A DNA stretch of 57,632 nt from Flavobacteriales bacterium UBA7690 (GTDB taxonomy: Bacteria > Bacteroidota > Bacteroidia > Flavobacteriales_F > PHOS-HE28). Positions 39,217 through 48,097 of the stretch are shown piece by piece. Where the stretch lies: contig DLGQ01000045.1 in NCBI GenBank assembly GCA_002482775.1, forward strand, positions 33,242 through 90,873, read 5' to 3'. The translations under genes and the position numbers were made by a program. How positions within the stretch are numbered: the first letter of the stretch is position 1; each line of letters starts with the position of its first letter. The notes under the pieces were generated by a model, which saw only the letters and a program-made list of their open reading frames with translations, had not been told where the DNA came from and did no database searches.

Positions 39217-39663
39217 TCACCGTTGGATGATGACCACTTCGCGCGAGCCGTTGCCCGCATCGATGGAGGTTCGTTCAACTTCCGCTTCACCATCCGTCGT
39301 GGCTCGAGCATGATCGGTTCCAAGGTTTGGGGACCTATGTGTGCCTGAACGCTGGCAGCCTACGAGCCCGGCGCGCGCGAAGACGGCATGAAGCATCTGG
39401 TCGTTCCACGCCACCTCGCCCGCTCTTAACTTCAAATCTGGTCCACTAACACTTACAGTGGCCTTCTGGTCCAATTCAACCACGGCCACATGCAGCATTT
39501 TCAGGTGTTGCTCCAGCGGAGCCGGACAGCGCGCCGTCCAGGTGGAGGTGCCAGATTGCGCGCACAATGCGGCTGGAGCCACCATGGCAAACAATACGAG
39601 ATAGCGAATAGCCAGATACTGCGGACCATGTCCGGAGCAGGAGCGATGACGCGAACTGGGCAT
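39217..39663 (-). CDS. Small exported hypothetical protein (divergent partner family B)
   Basis: Signal peptide LCA/Q; N-terminal domain aligns by eye to 17935..18438 and 41830..42354 but lacks their DTG/KAAW motif. Confidence 0.55.
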   Translation of the reverse strand: MPSSRHRSCSGHGPQYLAIRYLVLFAMVAPAALCAQSGTSTWTARCPAPLEQHLKMLHVAVVELDQKATVSVSGPDLKLRAGEVAWNDQMLHAVFARAGLVGCQRSGTHRSPNLGTDHARATTDGEAEVERTSIDAGNGSREVVIIQR

Positions 39664-39821
39664 GGTGGATCTCCTGTATGTGAAGGTACGAACGGGTTAA
39701 CGATCTACTAATGTAGAAAAGACATCCCATTAACAAGGTGTCGTCTCTAGTCTAGCACGAACCGGAGATCGTTCGTAGCTGTATCATGGACGTACAGCAC
39801 AGGAAAAGGTTGTTCGGTGGA

Positions 39822-41843
39822 TCACTCCTTCACGAAGCGGCCCGTACTGATGAGCTCCCCGGTTCGGTCGTATAGGCCGAGCAGATAATAGCCGGCGTCG
39901 AGGGATTCCACAGCCAGGCGCATGAACGTTTCTTCGCCCTCAGGGTCGGAAAAGCGGTTCGTGACCATGCGTCCGCTGCTATCATGAACACGGAGCTCCA
40001 CAATGCCTGAAGCCGCGAACTCGGCCATGTCCACGTAGATCTCGTGCGAGGACGGGTTGGGCTGAGGGACGAGCGACTGAGCGTTCCGTCGGAAGAACAC
40101 GGAGACCACCTCGGAGAAGGAAGAACCACCATCCACATCGATAATGGACAACCGGTAGAAGTTCAGGCCGTCGTGCGGATCGAGGTCATCGAACCGATAG
40201 TCTGTGCGGCCACCGATGCCACCATTGGCGGGAAGTGTGCCGATGGCCTTGAAATCCGTGCCGTTCAGCGAATGTTCCACGATGAAGCGCTCGTTCATGG
40301 CGGCATCCTGTGCAGTCCATTCCACAGCGATCACATCGTGGTACCGGTTAGCCTCGAGGCTAATGATGGAGATCGGCAGGATGGTACAATCAAGCTGATT
40401 GGGTCCTCCGCCAAGCGCCCAGGTGAGGTTGAAAGCTTGCCCCCCAGCAGTGAAGTTATCCAAGTACAGAACGTAGATCTTGCCAACATCCGCCGGTGCC
40501 ACTGTTATGGGTGCGACGAAACCATTGACATAGGTGATCATAGGAGGATTGTTGTACGGGGGTTCTGACGGATCCGTGTTCCCTGCAGCCATGCCGGTGG
40601 TATAGGAAGGGGGTACTAACCAGTCGGGGTCGGCAAAGGAGCAGCGTATAGGTGCACTGGCCGGGGGGCACACAGGTGTCGTGTGCGGGCCCCACACGGC
40701 GAAGTCATAATCCACATTCACCGGATTCCCCATGTTATTCGTGGGTTGGAGGGTGAAACCAATCGTGCCGACGGCCTGTGCGGCGAAATAGTACCAGGTC
40801 CCTTGCTGTTCATTCAGATCGAGACAACCGTTGTTCGAATTGTACAGGTCAGTGGTGCAACCAGTCCAATCGGAAGCGTTGTTGATCGGGCCGCTGTTGC
40901 ATACCGTGAACCCCCCACCGCAATCCTGTTGGGGGGTCGGAAAGAAATCCGGCCCATAGACACACAGACCGAAAGTGCCTGTGGCTCCATTCCATCCCCA
41001 GAACCTGATGTAGTAGGTGGTTCCACCGGTCAAGGGTGTGCATCGTCTGTCCAAGAAGGGCATGTCCGCATTTGGAGGTACACCACCATCATCATCACAG
41101 CCTCCTGGAACTAGGCTAAGGCTGCCACAGGTACCAGTGTACAATTGGAACGAACCATCTGCCAGTGTACCTCTCTCCGAGTAGATCCTGACCGCCCCGC
41201 TGGATGGAGCAACGAACCGGAACCAAACATCGGTATTTGGCGCACTGCTACAGACAGGGTTCGGCGTGGTGCCCGATACGGTTGAGCCCGTATTGGTGAA
41301 GGTTTGCATGAAGCACGCATCGAATACAGGTAGGTCAATGGCGTTGGCACAATTGTCGTTCGCAGGGGGAGACCACACGCACAACCGGCCCCCCATTTCA
41401 TTGCTGGTGCCACTTCGCTGTATCCGGATCAGGTAATTGGTGCCGATAACCGTGGTTAAACTGATCGTCTCGATGGCGCCGTTACCCCCAGTGTTCACGC
41501 AGGTCAAATAGGTCAATGTGGCACATGCACCGGAGTAGATGTGCATGATCGGGTTGTGGAAGTCGTCTGGATCGTACGAGATGGACGTGGTGGTTGCCGT
41601 TGCGGTGAACCAACCAAAAGCATCATCGAAGTTGCCCCCACCGCACGTTGTAGGTGCCAAATTGGGAACGAAGGAAGTGGGCTTGTCGAAGTTCTGGTAC
41701 ACGCAGGCGTTGTTCACCGTGTATCGGCTTCCCGCAGCATAACTGCACGCGTCTGACTGGGCACTAGAAACGGAAATAAGGCACATTGCCCAGGCAAGTG
41801 CCATTACCTTGATGAGCCGGAAGAGGCGCTCAACGTTGTCCAT
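39822..41843 (-). CDS. T9SS type A cargo protein (673 aa): two repeat modules, Cys-rich core, CTD
   Basis: Signal peptide SSA/Q; PANDNC; QQDCGGG...EQQGTWYYF...DYDFAVWGP; CTD PQPNPS...GYYLLGL...RFVKE. Confidence 0.9.
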   Translation of the reverse strand: MDNVERLFRLIKVMALAWAMCLISVSSAQSDACSYAAGSRYTVNNACVYQNFDKPTSFVPNLAPTTCGGGNFDDAFGWFTATATTTSISYDPDDFHNPIMHIYSGACATLTYLTCVNTGGNGAIETISLTTVIGTNYLIRIQRSGTSNEMGGRLCVWSPPANDNCANAIDLPVFDACFMQTFTNTGSTVSGTTPNPVCSSAPNTDVWFRFVAPSSGAVRIYSERGTLADGSFQLYTGTCGSLSLVPGGCDDDGGVPPNADMPFLDRRCTPLTGGTTYYIRFWGWNGATGTFGLCVYGPDFFPTPQQDCGGGFTVCNSGPINNASDWTGCTTDLYNSNNGCLDLNEQQGTWYYFAAQAVGTIGFTLQPTNNMGNPVNVDYDFAVWGPHTTPVCPPASAPIRCSFADPDWLVPPSYTTGMAAGNTDPSEPPYNNPPMITYVNGFVAPITVAPADVGKIYVLYLDNFTAGGQAFNLTWALGGGPNQLDCTILPISIISLEANRYHDVIAVEWTAQDAAMNERFIVEHSLNGTDFKAIGTLPANGGIGGRTDYRFDDLDPHDGLNFYRLSIIDVDGGSSFSEVVSVFFRRNAQSLVPQPNPSSHEIYVDMAEFAASGIVELRVHDSSGRMVTNRFSDPEGEETFMRLAVESLDAGYYLLGLYDRTGELISTGRFVKE

Positions 41844-42354
41844 GTGTGCTAGTGCTAGGATGCATCCTATGCTGGTATGCTTGCGGATATGCGTTTACCC
41901 AAGCCGCCTTGGCCGAGTCATAGGTCGCATGGTCGGCGGCCTCGTTTCCCGTATCGTGGAATTCAGGAAATGGCGGGAGCCCTTCTTCCAGCATAGCACC
42001 AGTGGCAGTGTTGAAGCAGGCCGCTCCACGAACGCCATAGTGTACGGCGGATAGGCGTTGGCGTATCTCTTCCAAGGTGATCGGGTTTTCGGTCGTGAAC
42101 AGTAGTACACGTCGATCTTGTTCGAGATCGACGTCAACTACTTCATCCCATTCCGAAACCGTTGCTACGGCCAACTTCGGCGATAGGTTCGCTAGGTGAG
42201 GTTGCAGCTGGATCCTACAGCGGTGCATGGCGTCCACTTGGCCATACGCCATTGATCCCATGGCCCAGAGCAGCATAAGCGCTCCCAAAAGGCTAACATG
42301 AAGCCTCGAGAACGGGCGAGGGGCTATGCAATTCGGGAGAGTGGATCGGTTCAC
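41830..42354 (-). CDS. Small exported hypothetical protein (partner family C)
   Basis: Signal peptide AYG/Q; PEFHDTGN...YDSAKAAWVNAYPQAY motif; overlaps the downstream start by 14 nt. Confidence 0.8.
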   Translation of the reverse strand: MNRSTLPNCIAPRPFSRLHVSLLGALMLLWAMGSMAYGQVDAMHRCRIQLQPHLANLSPKLAVATVSEWDEVVDVDLEQDRRVLLFTTENPITLEEIRQRLSAVHYGVRGAACFNTATGAMLEEGLPPFPEFHDTGNEAADHATYDSAKAAWVNAYPQAYQHRMHPSTSTHGQR

Positions 42355-42474
42355 TTGAATTCCGACGAACGGCTTTATTCGCCCGTTGGAAGATCAAGTT
42401 ATGTCGACTAGGTCCAGCCTGTCAAGTGCCCATCCCCCGAAAAGGGGACAGGTGGTTAGAAGATGTACCCGGGA

Positions 42475-43707
42475 TCAGTGGGCCGTGGCCCGGCTGCTGG
42501 TTTCCAGGCCCTTGACCAACCCCGGGTATACCGCCAGGGCTGCGTTCAGGACTGCCACTGCCTGCTGTAATAAGCTCTTTTCCAGCACATAAGCTAATCG
42601 AACTTGCTTCCGGCCCGTAGCGGGTTCGGCATAGAACCCCGTTGCCGGGGCCATCATCACCGTAAAGCCATCCAGTTGGAACGACTCCAGGAGCCACTGG
42701 CAGAAGCGGTCGCTATCATCAATGGGCAATTCTGCCACACAATAGAACGCACCCTTGGGTTTTGGGCAGAATACTCCGGGGATGGAGTTCAGGCCTTCCA
42801 CCAGGATATCGCGGCGTTGCACATACTCTTCCACCACGGCGGTGAAATAGGAGGCAGGGGTGAGCAAAGCCGCTTCGGAAGCGATCTGCCCGAAGGTGGG
42901 TGGGCTCAGGCGCGCTTGGGCGAATTTGAGGGCTGCTGCGTAGAGCTCCTTGTTCCGTGTGATGAAGGCACCCACCCGCGCACCGCACATGCTGTAACGT
43001 TTACTCACACTATCCACCAACACCACGTTCTGTTCAATGCCCTCCAAGGTCATCGCGCTCACGTGCTGTGCGCCGTCGTAGCAGAATTCGCGGTATACTT
43101 CATCGGCGAAGAGGAAGAGATCATGCCGTTGCACGATATCGCGCAGGGTCTCCAGTTCGGCTTTGCTGTAGAGGTATCCGGTAGGATTGCCGGGGTTGCA
43201 AATGAGGATGCCCTTGGTGCGCTTGGTGATCAGCGCTTCGAAGGCTTCGATCGCAGGGAGCGCGAACCCGTCTTGTATCGTGCTGCGAACGGGCACCACG
43301 GTAACCCCGGCCGCCATGGCGAAGCTGTTGTAGTTGGCGTAGAACGGCTCAGGGATGATCACTTCATCGCCAGGTTCGAAACAGGCCATCATGCCGAAGA
43401 GGAGTGCTTCACTTCCGCCGTTGGTGATGATGATCTCCTCCGGTGTGACGGAAATACCGTGTTGCGCATAGTAGGCTGCCAAACCTTTCCGGTAACTCTC
43501 GTACCCGGCGGAATGGCTGTACTCGATCACGGTACGGTCCAAGTGGCGGATCGCATCAAGCGCCACCTCCGGCGAAGCGATGTCCGGCTGCCCGATGTTG
43601 AGGTGGATCACCTTGGTGCCGCGTTGCTTGGCCGCTTCGGCGAAGGGAACAAGCTTACGGATCGGCGAAGGGGGCATGTTGCGCCCTTTGGAGGAGATGG
43701 ATGGCAT
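42475..43707 (-). CDS. Class I/II PLP-dependent aminotransferase
   Basis: SPIRKLVP, LNIGQPD, GGSEAL, NPGNPTG, DEVYREF, DSVSKRYSMCGARVG; start at MPSISSKG. Confidence 0.93.
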   Translation of the reverse strand: MPSISSKGRNMPPSPIRKLVPFAEAAKQRGTKVIHLNIGQPDIASPEVALDAIRHLDRTVIEYSHSAGYESYRKGLAAYYAQHGISVTPEEIIITNGGSEALLFGMMACFEPGDEVIIPEPFYANYNSFAMAAGVTVVPVRSTIQDGFALPAIEAFEALITKRTKGILICNPGNPTGYLYSKAELETLRDIVQRHDLFLFADEVYREFCYDGAQHVSAMTLEGIEQNVVLVDSVSKRYSMCGARVGAFITRNKELYAAALKFAQARLSPPTFGQIASEAALLTPASYFTAVVEEYVQRRDILVEGLNSIPGVFCPKPKGAFYCVAELPIDDSDRFCQWLLESFQLDGFTVMMAPATGFYAEPATGRKQVRLAYVLEKSLLQQAVAVLNAALAVYPGLVKGLETSSRATAH

Positions 43708-43755
43708 GGATGTGAAGTGGGTGGCGAAGTTCGGCATACGACATGGACTCCCAGC

Positions 43756-43788
43756 AAAAAGCCCCTTCCTGGTGTAGGAAGGGGCTTT
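43756..43788 (-). terminator. Intrinsic terminator after the DUF1573 cluster
   Basis: Minus strand AAAGCCCCTTCCT-ACACC-AGGAAGGGGCTTT-TT. Confidence 0.8.
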
Positions 43789-43806
43789 CGTAGGGATCGC
43801 AAAAGG

Positions 43807-44256
43807 CTAGCCTTTCTCCACAGGAGCCATGGGGATGGCCTCCTTCACGGGGGAAGTAGGCGTTTCTGGAGCTCCCTTCACTTCACCCTTGATGCGCACG
43901 ACTTTCTCTGGTGCGTTGGTGGAGTTGCTGGTGATGGTAACGCTCTTGTTGATGGCACCCACGCGCTTGGTGTCGTACTTCACGGTGATAGTGGTCTTCT
44001 GGCCGGGATTGATCGGTGCTGTATCGCACTTCGGTACGGTGCAACCGCAGGAACCTTTGCAGTTGGTGATGATCAGGGGCTGGTCTCCGGTGTTGGTCAC
44101 GACGAACTCGCTGGTGCCGTTACCGCCTTGTTCGATGACGCCATAATCATGGACTTCTTTGTCCACGGAGATCTGTGGGCCGGATCCTGCTTTGTCCTGG
44201 GCGAACGCACCGAGCATGAGGCATGCTGCGGAAACTGAGAGAAGGAACTTCTTCAT
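43807..44256 (-). CDS. DUF1573 domain-containing exported protein
   Basis: Signal peptide; HDYGVI...TNTGDQPLIITNCKGSCGCTVP...INKSVTITSN. Confidence 0.92.
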   Translation of the reverse strand: MKKFLLSVSAACLMLGAFAQDKAGSGPQISVDKEVHDYGVIEQGGNGTSEFVVTNTGDQPLIITNCKGSCGCTVPKCDTAPINPGQKTTITVKYDTKRVGAINKSVTITSNSTNAPEKVVRIKGEVKGAPETPTSPVKEAIPMAPVEKG

Positions 44257-44300
44257 GGTCTGTTTGGATGGTGTGGTCGGTTAGCTGGTCTCTTGCGAAA

Positions 44301-44762
44301 TTATTTCTTCTCCGTTGGGGCACCCATGGCAGGCTGTTTCTCGGGGCTGGTAGGTGTGGTGGCCGAGGCTTCCACATTGCCTTTGATCGTTACCACTTTG
44401 CTAGGCGAGTTGGTCGCGTTGCTGGTGATGGTGACGCTCTTGTTGATGGGGCCTGGACGGTTGCTATCGTACTTCACCTTGATGGTGCTCTTCGCTCCAG
44501 GCTTGATGGGGGTGGTATCGCACTGGGGAACGGTGCATCCGCAGCTGCCTTGGCATTGGGAGATGATCAACGGCTGATCGCCGGTGTTTGTAACGGTGAA
44601 CTCGCATTCGCCATTGCCACCTTGTTGGATGGTTCCATAATCGTGTACTTCCTTGTCTATGCTCAGCATGGGGCCCGTGCCACCAACTGGTTTCATTTCT
44701 GGCTGGGCCATGGCGCCCAACGTGAACAGGCCGAGGCCGAGTGTGAGGAGGAACTGTTTCAT
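44301..44762 (-). CDS. DUF1573 domain-containing exported protein
   Basis: Signal peptide MKQFLL; TNTGDQPLIISQCQGSCGCTVP; upstream TAATTTCG box (44794-44801). Confidence 0.92.
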   Translation of the reverse strand: MKQFLLTLGLGLFTLGAMAQPEMKPVGGTGPMLSIDKEVHDYGTIQQGGNGECEFTVTNTGDQPLIISQCQGSCGCTVPQCDTTPIKPGAKSTIKVKYDSNRPGPINKSVTITSNATNSPSKVVTIKGNVEASATTPTSPEKQPAMGAPTEKK

Positions 44763-44853
44763 GGGAAGGAGTGTCATTTTTGCTTTGGTACGACGAAATT
44801 AGAGGGGTGGGTAACGGTGCTTGGGGACCTTAACAGGAGTTTAACAGCGCAGG

Positions 44854-45294
44854 CTATCGGGTCATTGGAACCTGGTGAGCGGCGGTATCAGCCAATACCA
44901 TGCCTTTGATCCGAAGTACGACGACCGGCGTGTTGGCGGCGTTGCTTTGGAGCGTCGCGCTCTTGTTGATGGGGCCGGCGCGGCGCGTATCGTATTTCAG
45001 CCGAACGGATCCAGAGGCTCCGGGCAATACGGGGTCCTGGTCCCAACTGGGCACAAGGCAGCCGCAACTGCTTTGGAATTGTGAGATGATCAGTGGGGCA
45101 TCGCCCGTGTTCGTGAATCGGAATGCACAGCGGCCATCCGCTCCGAACGCGATCGTTCCATAGTCGTGTACCAGCGTATCGAAGGTGATCAATGGGCCGA
45201 TCGGGTCCGAAGTGTAGGCCGATATGTCCTCTTTGAGAACACCGTTGCCTAACAGTGCGATGGCAAGGAGCGATGCTGTGAATGATGCGTTCAT
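44854..45294 (-). CDS. DUF1573 domain-containing protein
   Basis: HDYGTI...FTNTGDAPLIISQFQSSCGCLVP; TAGTCTTG box 4 nt before the ATG. Confidence 0.9.
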   Translation of the reverse strand: MNASFTASLLAIALLGNGVLKEDISAYTSDPIGPLITFDTLVHDYGTIAFGADGRCAFRFTNTGDAPLIISQFQSSCGCLVPSWDQDPVLPGASGSVRLKYDTRRAGPINKSATLQSNAANTPVVVLRIKGMVLADTAAHQVPMTR

Positions 45295-45397
45295 GGCGCA
45301 AGACTAGGAGCTCTGAAGCCCCATGGTCGGGGATCTAACAAGTCGTTGACAGAACCGCCGTGCGAGCCGTCACGATCACCCTTCCCAGAGAGACGGT

Positions 45398-45405
45398 TAC
45401 CTTTG
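45398..45405 (+). promoter_or_regulatory. -7 promoter element (TACCTTTG) for valS
   Basis: Perfect TAnnTTTG 43 nt before the valS ATG. Confidence 0.7.
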
Positions 45406-45448
45406 CGGCCCGCCGGGAACAGGGTATTCGCACCCGCCGGTCCATAGC

Positions 45449-48097
45449 ATGGCTTCAGCAGAGATCCCCAAGCGTTTCGATCCCGTTACCAGTGAGAACA
45501 AGTGGTATGCCCATTGGATGCAGAAGGGCTACTTCCGCAGTGTGCCCGACGCGCGCGAGCCGTACACCGTGGTGATCCCACCGCCTAACGTGACGGGCGT
45601 GTTGCACATGGGGCACATGCTGAACAACACCATCCAGGACGTGCTGATCCGACGCGCCCGCATGCAGGGCAAGAACGCATGCTGGGTGCCGGGTACGGAC
45701 CATGCAAGCATCGCCACGGAAGCCAAAGTGGTGCGGTTGCTCGGTGAGCAAGGCATCAAGAAGAGCGCGATCGGTCGGGAGGAATTCCTGAAGCATGCCT
45801 TTGCATGGAAGGAGAAGTATGGCGGCGTGATCCTGGAGCAGTTGAAGAAGCTGGGTGCCAGTTGCGATTGGGAGCGCACGCGCTTCACCATGGAGCCGGA
45901 CCTGAGCGAAGCGGTCATCGATGTGTTCATCGACCTGCACAAAAAAGGCCTTGTCTACCGTGGCCTGCGCATGGTGAACTGGGATCCGGTCGCCCTTACT
46001 GCGGTGAGCGACGAGGAGGTGATCCACAAGGAGGTGAACTCGAAGCTGTACCACATCCGGTATGCCGTTGAAGGTGCCAATGATCAATGGGTCACCATTG
46101 CCACCACACGCCCTGAAACGATCCTCGGTGATACCGCTGTTGCAGTTCATCCGGAGGACGAACGATACGCGCACTTGAAAGGGAAACGTGTGTTGGTGCC
46201 GTTGATCGGGCGCAGCATCCCGGTGATCTTCGATGAATACGTGGAACGCGAGTTCGGTACGGGTGCATTGAAGGTGACGCCGGCGCACGACGTGAACGAC
46301 TACGAGCTGGGCAAGAAGCACAACCTCGAGACCATCGACATCCTGGAGCCGAACGCCACATTGAGCGCTGCGGCACAACTCTACGTGGGCGAGGATCGCT
46401 TCATCGTGCGCAAGAAGATCGCGAAGCAATTGGAGGCCGAAGGGTACTTGGTGAAGACCGAGGACATCGTGAACAAAGTGGGCACCAGTGAGCGCACCGA
46501 TGCGGTGATCGAGCCGCGCCTCTCGTTGCAGTGGTTCGTGAAGATGAGCGAGCTGGCCAAGCCTGCGTTGGAAGTGGTGATGGACGGTCGCGTGAAACTG
46601 CATCCGCAGAAGTTCGCCAACACCTACAAACATTGGATGGAGAACGTGCGCGACTGGTGCATCAGTCGCCAGTTGTGGTGGGGGCAACGTGTTCCGGCGT
46701 GGTACAACGAGAACGGTGATGCGGCGGTGTGCAAGACCGAAGCAGAGGCGATCGCGCAATTCAAAGCAGCGGGCCAGAGTGTTGCTGGCATCGTTCAGGA
46801 TGAAGATGTCATGGACACCTGGTTCAGCAGTTGGCTGTGGCCGATCAGCGTGTTCGATGGGTTCAAGGATCCGAACAACGCCGACATCAAGTACTACTAC
46901 CCCACGAACGATCTGGTGACCGCACCGGAGATCCTCTTCTTCTGGGTGGCGCGTATGATCATGGCGGGCATGGAGTACAAGCAGGAAGTGCCGTTCAAGA
47001 ACGTGTACCTCACCGGCATCGTGCGCGACAAGCTCGGTCGAAAAATGAGCAAACAGTTGGGCAATAGCCCGGATCCATTGGTGCTTATTGAAAAGTTCGG
47101 CGCCGATGGTGTGCGTGTGGGCATGTTGCTCACTTCACCGGCTGGCAACGATCTGCCGTACGATGATTCGCTCTGCGAGCAAGGCCGCAACTTCGGCAAC
47201 AAGATCTGGAACGCGTTCCGCTTGGTGAAAGGTTGGAATGTGGATGACCGCGAGCAACCCGCATCCAACGCTGCGGCTGTCGCGTGGATGCAGAGCCGCG
47301 TGCAACGTGCCACCACGGAGATCGATGGTCTCTTCACCCAGTTCCGCATCAGCGAAGCATTGATGGCCACGTACAAGTTGGTATGGGACGATCTGTGCAG
47401 CTGGTACTTGGAAAGTGTAAAAACCGGTTTCGTGAAGAACGAAGCGGGCGAAGGCGTCGCTGAGCCGATCGATCGGTTGACCTACGACGCCACGGTCGGC
47501 ATCTTCTGCGATGTGATGAAATTGCTGCATCCGTTCATGCCGTTCCTGAGCGAAGAGGTGTGGCACTTGCTGCGCGAGCGGAAGGAAGGTGATGACATCA
47601 TTGTTGCATCATGGCCGAAAGCAGGCGATGGTGATGCGAAGTTGGATGCTGAAGTACAGCACGCGTTCGATCTGGTCACAGCCGTCCGCAACGTGCGCAA
47701 TGAGCGCGGCATGAGTCCGAAGGAAGCGTTGGATGTGCAGGTGAAAGGTGCTGCGCCGATGCGTGCGGCGGTTGCGGCGCTGGTGAACAAACTCGCCAAC
47801 GTGTCGGCCATCGCCGAGGTGGAGAACGTGATCGAAGGCTCCATCACTTTCCTCGTGGGCACCTCGGAATACGCGGTGGACCTGGGCGGCAACATCGACA
47901 CCGAGGCCGAAGCGAAGAAAGCCGAAGCCGAACTAAACCACTTACGCGGCTTCCTGGCGAGCGTGGAGAAGAAGCTCAGTAACGAGCGTTTCGTAGCCGG
48001 TGCGCCGCCTCAAGTGTTGGAGGTGGAGCGCAAGAAGAAGGCGGATGCGGAGGCGAAGATCAAGGCGTTGGAGGGTCGGTTGGCGGTGTTGAAGTGA
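45449..48097 (+). CDS. valS: Valine--tRNA ligase
   Basis: PPPNVTGVLHMGH (HIGH-type), DWCISRQLWWG, KMSKQ (KMSKS-type), C-terminal coiled coil. Confidence 0.98.
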   Translation: MASAEIPKRFDPVTSENKWYAHWMQKGYFRSVPDAREPYTVVIPPPNVTGVLHMGHMLNNTIQDVLIRRARMQGKNACWVPGTDHASIATEAKVVRLLGEQGIKKSAIGREEFLKHAFAWKEKYGGVILEQLKKLGASCDWERTRFTMEPDLSEAVIDVFIDLHKKGLVYRGLRMVNWDPVALTAVSDEEVIHKEVNSKLYHIRYAVEGANDQWVTIATTRPETILGDTAVAVHPEDERYAHLKGKRVLVPLIGRSIPVIFDEYVEREFGTGALKVTPAHDVNDYELGKKHNLETIDILEPNATLSAAAQLYVGEDRFIVRKKIAKQLEAEGYLVKTEDIVNKVGTSERTDAVIEPRLSLQWFVKMSELAKPALEVVMDGRVKLHPQKFANTYKHWMENVRDWCISRQLWWGQRVPAWYNENGDAAVCKTEAEAIAQFKAAGQSVAGIVQDEDVMDTWFSSWLWPISVFDGFKDPNNADIKYYYPTNDLVTAPEILFFWVARMIMAGMEYKQEVPFKNVYLTGIVRDKLGRKMSKQLGNSPDPLVLIEKFGADGVRVGMLLTSPAGNDLPYDDSLCEQGRNFGNKIWNAFRLVKGWNVDDREQPASNAAAVAWMQSRVQRATTEIDGLFTQFRISEALMATYKLVWDDLCSWYLESVKTGFVKNEAGEGVAEPIDRLTYDATVGIFCDVMKLLHPFMPFLSEEVWHLLRERKEGDDIIVASWPKAGDGDAKLDAEVQHAFDLVTAVRNVRNERGMSPKEALDVQVKGAAPMRAAVAALVNKLANVSAIAEVENVIEGSITFLVGTSEYAVDLGGNIDTEAEAKKAEAELNHLRGFLASVEKKLSNERFVAGAPPQVLEVERKKKADAEAKIKALEGRLAVLK

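Noticed and set aside
14899-42354. Diversity-generating retroelement, invertible shufflon or CRISPR as the source of the repeats
   Set aside because: No reverse transcriptase, recombinase or cas gene, no adenine-specific template/variable repeat pair, and no regularly spaced DNA repeats; the similarity is at protein level with diverged synonymous sites.
14899-42354. Classical polymorphic toxin-immunity locus
   Set aside because: The C-terminal domain is conserved rather than variable, the small genes lie upstream of their partners, and no toxin motif was recognised.
45295-45448. T-box or other riboswitch upstream of valS
   Set aside because: No T-box consensus or terminator; the promoter box implies a leader of only ~40 nt.
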